From NCBI GenBank assembly GCA_963822585.1, contig CAWGIE010000019.1, positions 224,001 through 288,000 of the forward strand: DNA of 64,000 nucleotides, written 5' to 3'. This DNA comes from an uncultured bacterium. Lineage in GTDB: Bacteria > Auribacterota > Erginobacteria > Erginobacterales > Erginobacteraceae. Within the stretch, counting starts at the first letter, position 1; every line of letters begins with the position of its first letter. The notes under the pieces were generated by a model, which was not told where the DNA came from, searched no databases, and worked only from the letters and a program-made list of their open reading frames with translations. Of the stretch, positions 32,409 through 41,258 are shown piece after piece. The position numbers and the translations under genes are program-made.

Positions 32409-34730
32409 ATGACCACTGATAAAAATCGGGAGATTCTTGCCACCCAGGTCGGTCAGGTCTACCGGTATCAGCCGATCGGCTTCATCGCCAACATGGTTAA
32501 CTCCGCGATCCTGGTCTTCATCCAGTGGAAGGCCGTCTCCCACCGGGTGCTCTTGATCTGGTTCGGGGCCATGATCGTGGTAACGGGTCTCCGATACCTC
32601 TTCATTCTCAGATACAAGCACGCGGATGTCGCCCCCGCTCAATCACCCCGCTGGGAAGCCCTGTTTATAGGGGGCGTCTTGATCTCCGGTTCAATCTGGG
32701 GCGTGGCCGGGATACTATTCTTTCCCCCCGGCGATCTCGCCCGCCAGATCTTCACCGCCTTTGTTCTGGGCGGTATGGTAGCCGGCGCGGTAGGGGTTTA
32801 TTCCGCCCTGAAGAGAGCTTTCCTGGCCTTCACTCTTCCGGCCCTGATCCCGGTCGCCATCAGCTTCTTCTACATCGGAGATGCCGTTCACTTCACCATG
32901 GGAGCGATGGTCATTCTTTTCGCGATCCTGATGTTCATGACCGCGGAACGCAATTATAAAATAAACGTGACTTCCCTGGAACTCACCTTGGAAAATAAAG
33001 ATCTCGTCACATACCTGACCGCCGCCAAAGAAGAAACGGACAGCCTGAATATGAAACTCCGGTCTGAGATCGCGGAGAGAAAAATGGTTTCCGAGGAACT
33101 GGAAAAACACCGGGGACGGCTGGAAGTCCTGGTTAAAGAACGGACGGACGATCTGCGAAGAGCGAATGAAGAACTGGAAGAAGCGGTGGTCGAGCTCAAG
33201 CAGACAACCGTGGCGCTCCGGGATTCGGAAGAAAAGTACCGCATGTTGGTCAATAATGCCAACGACGCCGTCTTTATCGCCCAGGACGGGGTAATCAAGT
33301 TCCCCAACCCCATGTTCAAGCAGGCCACGGGCTATTCCACCGAGGAAGCGAGCGCGATGCCTCTGGAGAACCTGATTCACCCAGATGATCGGGCACTGGT
33401 CGGGGAAAGGTATCTGAAGAGATTGAGGGGGGAGGACGTCCCCGGAATATACTCTTTCCGGATTATTACGAAAAGCGGGGAAGAAAGATCCGTCAGCATC
33501 AACGCCGTCCGCATTATCTGGGAAGGCCGCCCGGCGGCGCTCTACTTCGCCCGGGATATCACCGAGACGATAAAACTGGAGAAGAGACTCCAGACGGCCC
33601 AGAAGATGGAGGCGGTCGGTATCCTGGCCGGCGGGGTCGCCCATGACTTCAATAACCTCCTCATGAGCATCCAGGGAAATATCTCCCTCCTCCTTCACGA
33701 TCTCGATCCGGACCATCCCTCCCGTGAGATGCTGAGCGAGGTCGAGCAGAGCATCGAGAGCGGCGAACAGCTGACCAGGCAGCTGCTCGGATTCGCCCGG
33801 GGAGGGAAGTACGAGCTTTCGACCATCGACCTGAATGAAATCGTTTCCCGGACGGCGTCCCTCTTCGGGCGGACAAAAAAAGAGATCCGGATACACCAAA
33901 AGCTCCAGGAAGGACTCCGGGCGGCGGAAGCCGACCGGAGTCAGATCGAGCAGGTTCTTTTAAACCTGTACATCAATGCCGGGCAGGCGATGCCCGGCGG
34001 TGGAGAGCTGTACCTGGAAACGGAAAACGTTGATTTCCCGACCGCGGAGGCGAGCGTTCACGGGATCGAACCGGGACGGTACGTCAAAATATCCGTGACC
34101 GACACCGGAGCCGGTATTAAAAAAGAGCATCTGGAAAAAATATTCGATCCGTTTTTCACCACCCGGGAAAAGACGCGGGGGATCGGGCTCGGCCTTGCCT
34201 CCTCCTACGGCATCATCCAGAATCACCACGGGACCATCACCATCCGCAGCGAGATCGAGCATGGCACCACCTTCAACATCTATCTTCCTGTATCGGAGAA
34301 AAAAGCCCGGACGAAAAAACCGGCATCGGAAACCATATCCCCGGGATCGGGAACCGTTCTTCTGGTGGATGACGAAGAGCGCATCATCCGCCCGGTCATG
34401 CGATATCTGCAATACATCGGCTTTGAGGTGATACCAGCCGGCGGGGGCGAGGAGGCGCTCCGAATTTACCGGGAAAAAGGAGAGACGGTGGATATCGTTA
34501 TGCTGGATATGGTGATGCCGGGGCTGAGCGGCGGCAAAACCTACGATGTTCTGAGAGAGATCAACCCGGACGTGAAGGTCCTCCTCTGCAGCGGCTACAG
34601 CGCCGACGGGGAAGCCGCCCGGATACTGAAGAGCGGACGCCACGGCTTCATCCAGAAACCGTTCACCACTGAACAACTCTCCCGGAAACTGGAAGAAATC
34701 CTTCATCCTCCGGTTCCCATGGATGAATAG
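32409..34730 (+). CDS. Membrane-bound hybrid histidine kinase (TM region, PAS, HisKA, HATPase, REC)
   Basis: [51 protein letters not shown]-terminal LLVDDE...LDMVMP...KPF. Confidence 0.93.
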   Translation: MTTDKNREILATQVGQVYRYQPIGFIANMVNSAILVFIQWKAVSHRVLLIWFGAMIVVTGLRYLFILRYKHADVAPAQSPRWEALFIGGVLISGSIWGVAGILFFPPGDLARQIFTAFVLGGMVAGAVGVYSALKRAFLAFTLPALIPVAISFFYIGDAVHFTMGAMVILFAILMFMTAERNYKINVTSLELTLENKDLVTYLTAAKEETDSLNMKLRSEIAERKMVSEELEKHRGRLEVLVKERTDDLRRANEELEEAVVELKQTTVALRDSEEKYRMLVNNANDAVFIAQDGVIKFPNPMFKQATGYSTEEASAMPLENLIHPDDRALVGERYLKRLRGEDVPGIYSFRIITKSGEERSVSINAVRIIWEGRPAALYFARDITETIKLEKRLQTAQKMEAVGILAGGVAHDFNNLLMSIQGNISLLLHDLDPDHPSREMLSEVEQSIESGEQLTRQLLGFARGGKYELSTIDLNEIVSRTASLFGRTKKEIRIHQKLQEGLRAAEADRSQIEQVLLNLYINAGQAMPGGGELYLETENVDFPTAEASVHGIEPGRYVKISVTDTGAGIKKEHLEKIFDPFFTTREKTRGIGLGLASSYGIIQNHHGTITIRSEIEHGTTFNIYLPVSEKKARTKKPASETISPGSGTVLLVDDEERIIRPVMRYLQYIGFEVIPAGGGEEALRIYREKGETVDIVMLDMVMPGLSGGKTYDVLREINPDVKVLLCSGYSADGEAARILKSGRHGFIQKPFTTEQLSRKLEEILHPPVPMDE

Positions 34731-35008
34731 ACGGCAGTGTACAATCGCGGTCAGAAGGTAAAAAGGGGCTTAACCCGATTTATTCATAAATCGGGTTAGT
34801 TTTGAACCATGACCAAGCTTAAATGAACATCCATACGAAAAGATACTAATTTTATCAAATTCTCCGGCAATGAATTACAGCCAAAGGTCTGCTGCTACCG
34901 GCAGCGTTACCAGGAAGAATAACACGTTGTCCTTGCGGAGAAGAAAAAGCAGAGTGCTGTCGCCGTATAAACAAGATTACTATTCATAATATATTGAACG
35001 ACAATTAG

Positions 35009-35059
35009 TAACCTGGATTATTCATGAAAATTTTCAATTTTCATGAATAATCCAGGTTA
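35009..35059. repeat. Perfect 24-bp inverted repeat with 3-nt loop
   Basis: TAACCTGGATTATTCATGAAAATT-TTC-AATTTTCATGAATAATCCAGGTTA, just upstream of the rnd -10 box. Confidence 0.85.
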
Positions 35060-35078
35060 AGCAGTTATACTTGATCCC

Positions 35079-36257
35079 ATGTCCACTCATCCCGCATCCG
35101 GCCGAACGTATATCTACATCCATGACGAAGACTCCCTGAGCAAGTTCACCGGACGTCTGGCGGGCGCTCCCCGGGCGGCGGTTGACACGGAAGCCGACAG
35201 CCTCCATCACTACTACGAGAAGGTCTGCCTGATCCAGATCTCGATCTCCGGGGACACCTATATCGTCGATCCCCTGGCCGGGCTGAACCTGTCGGGCTTT
35301 CTCCGGGCACTGGCCGTCCGGCCGCTCATCCTGCACGACGCGGATTACGACCTGCGGATGCTCCGCTCTTCCTTCGACTTCCGGCCCCACGCCCCGATCT
35401 TCGACACCATGCTGGCTGCCCGGCTCCTCGGATATGAACGACTGGGCCTGGCCGCTCTCGCCGAGGAGATTTTGGGTGTTGTTCTGACCAAGGGCGGTCA
35501 GAAGTTCGACTGGTCCCGACGCCCCCTGCCCGGAGAAAAACTTCTTTATGCCGGCGACGATACCCGGTACCTGGAACCCCTGGCGGAGAGGCTGGAGGAA
35601 AACCTCCGTCAGCGCGGCCGCGAGGAATGGCACCGGGAAGCCTGCGCGGCGGTGGTCAGCAAAACCGGCCGGGATAAACCGGGCCCGGACCCCGATGAAG
35701 TCTGGCGGATCAAGGGCCTGTCAGATTTCAGCCGGGAACAGCTCTCCTTTGTCCGCGGCCTCTGGCACTGGCGGGAGAGAGAAGCCCGGCGGGCCGATCT
35801 TCCCCCGTTTAAAATCATGGGGAACGCCTTGCTGCTGGAAGTGGCTCTCTGGAGCAATACCCATCCCGGGCAGCCGGCGACGCGGGGACCGAAATTGCCG
35901 AGGAACTGCCGGGGAAAACGGCTGGATGCCCTGGAAAAAGTAATCGGAGAGGCGCGCGCCCTTTCTCCGGGAAGGCGCCCAGCCCTGAAGACACGGGGCC
36001 TCCGGCGGCCGCCGCTCTCGCAAGAGCAGGCCGCGCGCCTGGAGAAACTCCGGGGCGACGTGGTCCGGGCCGGGGGCGAGTTTGGTCTCTCGCCCTCTGT
36101 GCTCGCCCCCCGGAGCGCGCTGGAGTCCATCGTTCGGGGCAACGCGGTAACGGTCGAGGAGATGATGGAAAGCGGCCCCCTTCTCCGCTGGCAGGCCCGC
36201 CTGCTGGGAGAGGCAGTCCGGGGGGCAAGCGAAGCGGGTTCAGCTTTGAGCCCCTGA
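35079..36257 (+). CDS. rnd: Ribonuclease D (3'-5' exonuclease plus HRDC)
   Basis: AVDTEADS, CLIQIS, H.ADYD, FDT..AA, DWSRRPL, YA..D; HRDC WRE.EAR..D.PPF. Confidence 0.88.
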   Translation: MSTHPASGRTYIYIHDEDSLSKFTGRLAGAPRAAVDTEADSLHHYYEKVCLIQISISGDTYIVDPLAGLNLSGFLRALAVRPLILHDADYDLRMLRSSFDFRPHAPIFDTMLAARLLGYERLGLAALAEEILGVVLTKGGQKFDWSRRPLPGEKLLYAGDDTRYLEPLAERLEENLRQRGREEWHREACAAVVSKTGRDKPGPDPDEVWRIKGLSDFSREQLSFVRGLWHWREREARRADLPPFKIMGNALLLEVALWSNTHPGQPATRGPKLPRNCRGKRLDALEKVIGEARALSPGRRPALKTRGLRRPPLSQEQAARLEKLRGDVVRAGGEFGLSPSVLAPRSALESIVRGNAVTVEEMMESGPLLRWQARLLGEAVRGASEAGSALSP

Positions 36258-37048
36258 ACCCTGAACCCTGAACCCTGGTCTCTGACCCCTGTTTCCGCCG
36301 GGTCCTGCCGGTAAAAGAGCTTGAGCTGCTCGTAAAGGTCAGGGTGTTTTTGCTGCAGTGGCCGGGGCTTTTCGAAAAAACATTCGGTGACCACGGCGAA
36401 GAACTCGGCCGGGGAGAGGGCCCCGTAGGGATCGATGTCGGTCCGGTGTCCCTTCCCGATCTCGCTCACCAGTTCCCGGTATTCTTCGCCCAGAACGCGC
36501 GCCCAGGCGGTGTATCGCGACCGATCGGGGAGAACCGGGGTCCCATCGGCATCGCCGTCTTCCTGGTCCAGCTGATGGGCGAACTCATGAAGAACCACGT
36601 TGTGGCCGTCGTTAAGGTCGGAGATACTTTTTTTTACATCGTCCCAGGAAAGAACTACCGCCCCCCGGGACCATGATTCGCCGGCCCGGGTCTCCGCGCC
36701 GTCCCGGATCAACCCTCCCGGGCTCCCCTTTTTCCCTTCCACCCGGTAGGCGTGGGGATAGACCAGGATCGAATCGAGCCGGGGGTAGTCGTCGTTCCGG
36801 CGATGGAGGAGGAGCAGGCAGGCCTGGGCCGCGATCGTGACCCGGATCTCGTCGGTCAGGGCGAGACCGCCGCAGCCTTCAAAGTGTTTTTCGTGGAGAA
36901 ATACCTGGATATCTTCCAGCAGTTCTTTCCGGTCGGTTTCCGGGAGAACGCGGAAGCAGGGGACGCTCCTCTCCACAATCGGGAGCCACTCCGGCGGGAA
37001 CAGCCGGCGGCGGATCTTCTCCCGTCGTCTTTTCTTCAGTCCGAACAT
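35609..37048 (-). CDS. mtfA: MtfA-like zinc peptidase (M90); homology ends near 36295 but the frame stays open to 35609
   Basis: IAAQACL, GESW..G.VVLSW, NVVLHEFAHQLD, AEFFAVVTE.FFE.P, FYRQDP; tail is antisense to rnd. Confidence 0.85.
   Translation of the reverse strand: MFGLKKRRREKIRRRLFPPEWLPIVERSVPCFRVLPETDRKELLEDIQVFLHEKHFEGCGGLALTDEIRVTIAAQACLLLLHRRNDDYPRLDSILVYPHAYRVEGKKGSPGGLIRDGAETRAGESWSRGAVVLSWDDVKKSISDLNDGHNVVLHEFAHQLDQEDGDADGTPVLPDRSRYTAWARVLGEEYRELVSEIGKGHRTDIDPYGALSPAEFFAVVTECFFEKPRPLQQKHPDLYEQLKLFYRQDPAETGVRDQGSGFRVQGLKAEPASLAPRTASPSRRACQRRRGPLSIISSTVTALPRTMDSSALRGASTEGERPNSPPARTTSPRSFSRRAACSCESGGRRRPRVFRAGRLPGERARASPITFSRASSRFPRQFLGNFGPRVAGCPGWVLLQRATSSSKAFPMILNGGRSARRASLSRQCQRPRTKESCSRLKSDRPLIRQTSSGSGPGLSRPVLLTTAAQASRCHSSRPR
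36252..36291. repeat. 7-mer tandem repeat CCCTGAA at the rnd/mtfA junction
   Basis: Three perfect and about three degenerate units; supplies the rnd stop codon. Confidence 0.8.
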
Positions 37049-37135
37049 GGAGCAAACCGCACCTTGATTGAGGGGTATATCTTGCACGTGCGGCATCAAC
37101 GGTATTCCACGATCAATGAATTCCGTGTGAAGCTC

Positions 37136-37187
37136 GTAGTCAGGGCTTTAGCCCTGCCTCAGCCGGCAGGGCAAAGCCCTGCACTAC
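37136..37187. repeat. GTAG-type REP doublet
   Basis: GTAGTCAGGGCTTTAGCCCTGC...GCAGGGCAAAGCCCTGCACTAC. Confidence 0.65.
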
Positions 37188-37346
37188 GAGCTTGCCCTGC
37201 CGAAGGAGAGGCTAACTCCGATTAAAACCACAAAGAACACGAAGATGATGCTGAGGAAAAACTATCCCTCTGCCTTACATTTTCTTGGTTGTTCGCAAGT
37301 CTTACTCGAAGAATTTTCGGCATGTCCTACCGTGGTTCATAATTGA

Positions 37347-37586
37347 TCAGTAGAGCCCGCGGAGGATCCCCTTGGCTTTTTCCAGGCGGGCCCGGTCTTC
37401 TCCCGCCAGGTTGGCCCCGGCCCGGTTGATATAGAAGTCCAGCCGGTCCATCGCCTGAGGCAGGCTGTCCGATGCCTTCTTCAGCCCCCGGGCGATCTCT
37501 CCGGCCGGCTTCTCGAAGAACCCCTCCGGGGGATGCCACTTCGTCTCCACCTTTTTCGACCACAGATCCTTTTTCTTCCCGCTCAT
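37347..37586 (-). CDS. DUF3175-like small protein
   Basis: WS..V, AM..L.FYINRAG.NL...R..LE.AK..LR motif; AAGGAGG RBS before the ATG at 37586. Confidence 0.75.
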   Translation of the reverse strand: MSGKKKDLWSKKVETKWHPPEGFFEKPAGEIARGLKKASDSLPQAMDRLDFYINRAGANLAGEDRARLEKAKGILRGLY

Positions 37587-38070
37587 GCTGCCCTCCTTTA
37601 TAATTCGCGCTCGCTGCGCGTTTTCTGCCACCAAGACACAAAGGCACCAAGTAAATAATCAGGATACAATCTTATCCCTTTTCCCAGCTTATTGGTACTT
37701 TTTTATCCCAAATTTATTTATCAAATTATTGATAATAGCCCCGGCCAGCAGCGGGGTGATGGCGGTCCCCCTATTGAAGGCGCTGCTGCGCAGCCGGATA
37801 ACCAACCCCCCTTTCTCGAGCACAGCTCCAATGTCGAAGCCGACCGGGAAGGCAACCGTCGACCCGGCCAGAAAGAGGGCGGAGAGGCTCCCGCACCCGG
37901 GGAAAAGAGGAGCTCGACCGCAATGATCAGCATCTTTTTTCGCTGCATCTCAGACCCCTCAGGATTACTGACGGGTGCCGCGCATCCTCCCATCAACTCG
38001 CGGTAATTGTATCATTGTCAAGGGGAGATGGGTAAGTATAAATGGCAAGTCGTGAGCAAGTCCGCGGTTA

Positions 38071-38952
38071 TCAGGCTCTCTCAAGCCACACATATCGGCT
38101 CAGTTTGGTGCGAAGCATTTCTTCCAGGTTTGGCCGGTCTTTCCGATAAAGAGAGATCAGCCGTTTGCCCTCCTGCTGGTAGAGTTTAAGCTTTTTCATC
38201 ATCCCGATCCTGTAGTCGATCGTATCCATTCCCCAGTACTCAATATAAACGTCGAACTCGGGAAGATAAAAATCCGGCCGGACCGCGTACCCTTCGATGA
38301 TCCGCATGCGCTCGTCATAGCGGTAGGCAACGCCGTGCCTGCCGAGATACTCTGCGATCCTGCGCTCACCGTCGGACTGCACGAAGGAGCCATTCCGTGT
38401 TCTGATAGTCTTGTTCAGTTCAACCCGGGTGTCGAAGTTGCGGCGCTCAAGATAAACCTCATCAAAGCATTTGTCGCAGAAGACGCGCTGGAAGGCACGT
38501 TGGCTCCGGGCGTATTCATCCGTGTCCACCCGGGCACCGCAGCGCCGACAGTGGTGCCGGGCCTGCTCTGCCGCAATCCGGATCGCTTCCCGGATGATCT
38601 TTCCAGCAGTGCGCACGCTTCGCTTCACATAATCTTTCTCTGTCGGATTACGATAAAGATCACGCAGATCACTCAGAGCTGCCCGGGCGTGGACTCCAAA
38701 CGCCCCCAGCGCCTTAGAGGCATACTGGCGGACCTGCGGGTGCTTATCTCCAAGCAGGGGTCGCAAAGTAGATATGGCTGGTTCCGGGGGAACGATACCC
38801 GCCAGTTTCCCCAACGCCGAGGCCGCCAGTCGACGAACCAGTGCCGAGTTCGAGCCGGTCAACGTCGCCAGTTCATCAAACGCGTCGGCATTTGCGCTCC
38901 TGCCCAGAGAAGTAGCCCGCGAGGCCAGGCTTTTTTCATTTGCGCGATCCAT
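38071..38952 (-). CDS. HEAT-repeat, Zn-finger and PD-(D/E)XK nuclease-like protein
   Basis: VRRLAASALG and VRQYASKALG HEAT units; CRRC...CDKC; S.GE..IA..L, RPDFYLP, YIEYWG. Confidence 0.75.
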   Translation of the reverse strand: MDRANEKSLASRATSLGRSANADAFDELATLTGSNSALVRRLAASALGKLAGIVPPEPAISTLRPLLGDKHPQVRQYASKALGAFGVHARAALSDLRDLYRNPTEKDYVKRSVRTAGKIIREAIRIAAEQARHHCRRCGARVDTDEYARSQRAFQRVFCDKCFDEVYLERRNFDTRVELNKTIRTRNGSFVQSDGERRIAEYLGRHGVAYRYDERMRIIEGYAVRPDFYLPEFDVYIEYWGMDTIDYRIGMMKKLKLYQQEGKRLISLYRKDRPNLEEMLRTKLSRYVWLERA

Positions 38953-39280
38953 CTTTCTATCCCGATAGTATGACTTGTTCCGTGTCCTGAGGACGCTCCA
39001 CGGCGTCATTCGGCGATGGTGCGGCCAGAGGAAGTCGGAACGACGCCCCGGAGGCCGCGCGGCCGGAACGGCCGGCTATCCAGGATCAAAGTTTTCAGCA
39101 AGATTTTTTTATTAACGGCAACTAACAGTCGTAGATACGGGTTATTTTATTCCCGTTTATTATAATAATAGTGATTTTTTGCAACCCGGGGCATATTCTT
39201 CGTGACCGGAGTCTACCCCCGAAGAATTCGGGGTGACCTTCGTGGTGAATAATAGCCGCCGGAAAGGCAGGTCCCTCGCT

Positions 39281-40567
39281 GTGACGAACGGGAACAAAAA
39301 AGCGATCTTCGGCTGGGCGCTCTATGACTGGGCCAACTCGGCCTTCGCCACCACGGTGATGGCCGGGTTCTTCCCCCTCTTCTTCAAGGGCTACTGGTCC
39401 GCCGGAAGCGACTCCTCGGTCAGTACCGCCCGGCTGGGGCTGGCCAACTCGATCGCCGGGATCGTCCTCGCCCTCCTCGCCCCTCTTCTGGGCGCGATCG
39501 CCGATCGGGGAGCGGCAAAGAAACGCTTCCTCCTCTGTTTCTCCTACCTGGGAGTGGTGATGACCGTCTCCCTCTGCCTGGTCGCCCGGGGAAACTGGCC
39601 CCTGGGCGCTTTTCTCTATATTCTCTCCGTGATCGGGTTCTCGGGGAGCAATGTCTTCTATGACGCCCTCCTTCCCATCGTCGCCGGCCGAGAAAAGCTG
39701 GATACCGTCTCCGCCCTTGGATACGCCCTCGGCTACCTGGGAGGCGGCCTCCTCTTTGCCTTTAATGTCTGGATGATTCTGCGGCCGCCCCTCTTCGGCT
39801 TCTCCGGTCCCGAAGCGGCGGTTCGGTTCTCGTTCCTGACCGTGGGAATCTGGTGGGCGGTCTTCACCCTCCCCCTCCTCTTCTTCGTGAAGGAGCCCCG
39901 GACGAGGGACCGGGCGACCGGCTGGGCGGCGGTCCGGGCGGGACTGGGGCAGCTCGTCCACACTCTCCGGGAGATCCGGCGGCTGAAGACGGTATTTCTC
40001 TTTCTAACCGCCTACTGGCTCTATATCGATGGGGTGGACACGATCGTGCGGATGGCGGTCGACTACGGACTATCACTCGGTTTCGATCAGGAGAAGCTGA
40101 TCCTGGCCCTGCTGCTCACCCAGTTCGTCGGCTTCCCGGCCGCGCTCGCTTTCGGCTGGCTGGGGAAACGGATTGGCCCCCGAAGAGGGATTCTGATCGC
40201 CCTTGCCGGGTATCTCCTGATCACTCTCTGGGGAACCTTGCTTCGCAATACCTTCGAGTTCTTTATACTGGCCGGTGCCGTCGGTCTGGTCCAGGGGGGA
40301 ATCCAGGCGCTGAGCCGTTCCTACTACGCCCGTCTGATCCCGCCCGATAAAACCGGTGAGTTTTTCGGGTTCTATAACCTGGTGGGTAAGTTCGCGGTGG
40401 TGCTTGGCCCGGTCACCGTGGGGGCGGTCGCTCTTTGCGCCCGTTCACTGGGCGCGGGCGGCGGCGGTGCCGCCCGGATCGGCATCGCTTCTATCGCCTT
40501 CTTCTTCCTGGCCGGGGGAGCGCTCTTTCTGGCGATTACACCGGAAGGAAGAAGAAGTCAACGGTAA
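39281..40567 (+). CDS. MFS transporter, UMF1/Atg22-like family
   Basis: WALYDWANSAF, NVFYDALL, S..GYALGYLGG, QALSRS, GEFFGFY motifs. Confidence 0.88.
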   Translation: MTNGNKKAIFGWALYDWANSAFATTVMAGFFPLFFKGYWSAGSDSSVSTARLGLANSIAGIVLALLAPLLGAIADRGAAKKRFLLCFSYLGVVMTVSLCLVARGNWPLGAFLYILSVIGFSGSNVFYDALLPIVAGREKLDTVSALGYALGYLGGGLLFAFNVWMILRPPLFGFSGPEAAVRFSFLTVGIWWAVFTLPLLFFVKEPRTRDRATGWAAVRAGLGQLVHTLREIRRLKTVFLFLTAYWLYIDGVDTIVRMAVDYGLSLGFDQEKLILALLLTQFVGFPAALAFGWLGKRIGPRRGILIALAGYLLITLWGTLLRNTFEFFILAGAVGLVQGGIQALSRSYYARLIPPDKTGEFFGFYNLVGKFAVVLGPVTVGAVALCARSLGAGGGGAARIGIASIAFFFLAGGALFLAITPEGRRSQR

Positions 40568-40636
40568 AAACGATGTACGTTTCTTGGGCGTGGTCCTTTG
40601 CCGACAGCCGGAGGAGGGTCGGGACGGATTCCGGAT

Positions 40637-41213
40637 TTACACCTGCCGGTGTCTTTTGCCGCGGGGAAATGTACGGTGGTGAAGGAGGATGGACCCGACC
40701 GCCCCGGCCACCACCAGGACAATGCCGGCCACCGTTACCAGGTCGGGGACCAATCCCCAGAAGACCAGTCGATCAGGCTCTCGAAGAAGACGATGACCGG
40801 CGTCGGGAGACCGGTATGTGATACCCCCTTGATTAGGAGCCTGTCCGAGTAATGGCTCTCGACGCGTTTCGAGCGCCGGGCAGCTGGATGCAAGGCGCGG
40901 CGACACAGGCGATGCTGAATGCATCGTCGAGGAGCCGTAACGCAGCGGACGGCTGCCCGCCGCCGAAACCCTTTGGGCAACCGCCACTTACGGCGCGACT
41001 CTGCGTTGCTGCGGCCTCGTAGTACCGCAGAGGGTACGACTTCGGCCTCGCGCCTTGATTCGCTTGCAAGTGGCGGGCTGCGCGTCAGAGATCATTACTC
41101 GGACAGGCTCCTGGGGCCAGAGCGCTGCCGACGGCGACGAAGAAAAAGGCCGTGATCATGCAGGCCACGCCAAGGGCAACATGCTGGCCGACTGTGGGTT
41201 TGTCTCTCTTCAT
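40637..41213 (-). pseudogene. EamA/DMT transporter pseudogene with MITE insertion and internal deletion
   Basis: MKRDKP...GVACMITAFFFVAVGSALA, then the MITE, then LIKGVSHTGLPTPVIVFF, jumping with a frameshift to VFWGLVPDLVTVAGIVLVVAG. Confidence 0.6.
40836..41111. mobile_element. 276-bp MITE with 19-bp perfect terminal inverted repeats
   Basis: GGAGCCTGTCCGAGTAATG...CATTACTCGGACAGGCTCC, imperfect extension to about 31 bp; no transposase. Confidence 0.8.
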
Positions 41214-41258
41214 GGCCGCTTCCCCCGGTCATCTTCCTGTTTCCACGACGGGCGGTTT

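Noticed and set aside
34820..34990. Possible decayed exported-protein start resembling 59215-59469 (ADLW...DKIS)
   Set aside because: Only a few matching residues across stops and frames; chance cannot be excluded
37690..37940. Possible MFS C-terminal remnant (minus frame SAFNRGTAITPLLAGAII)
   Set aside because: Too short and degenerate to call without a search
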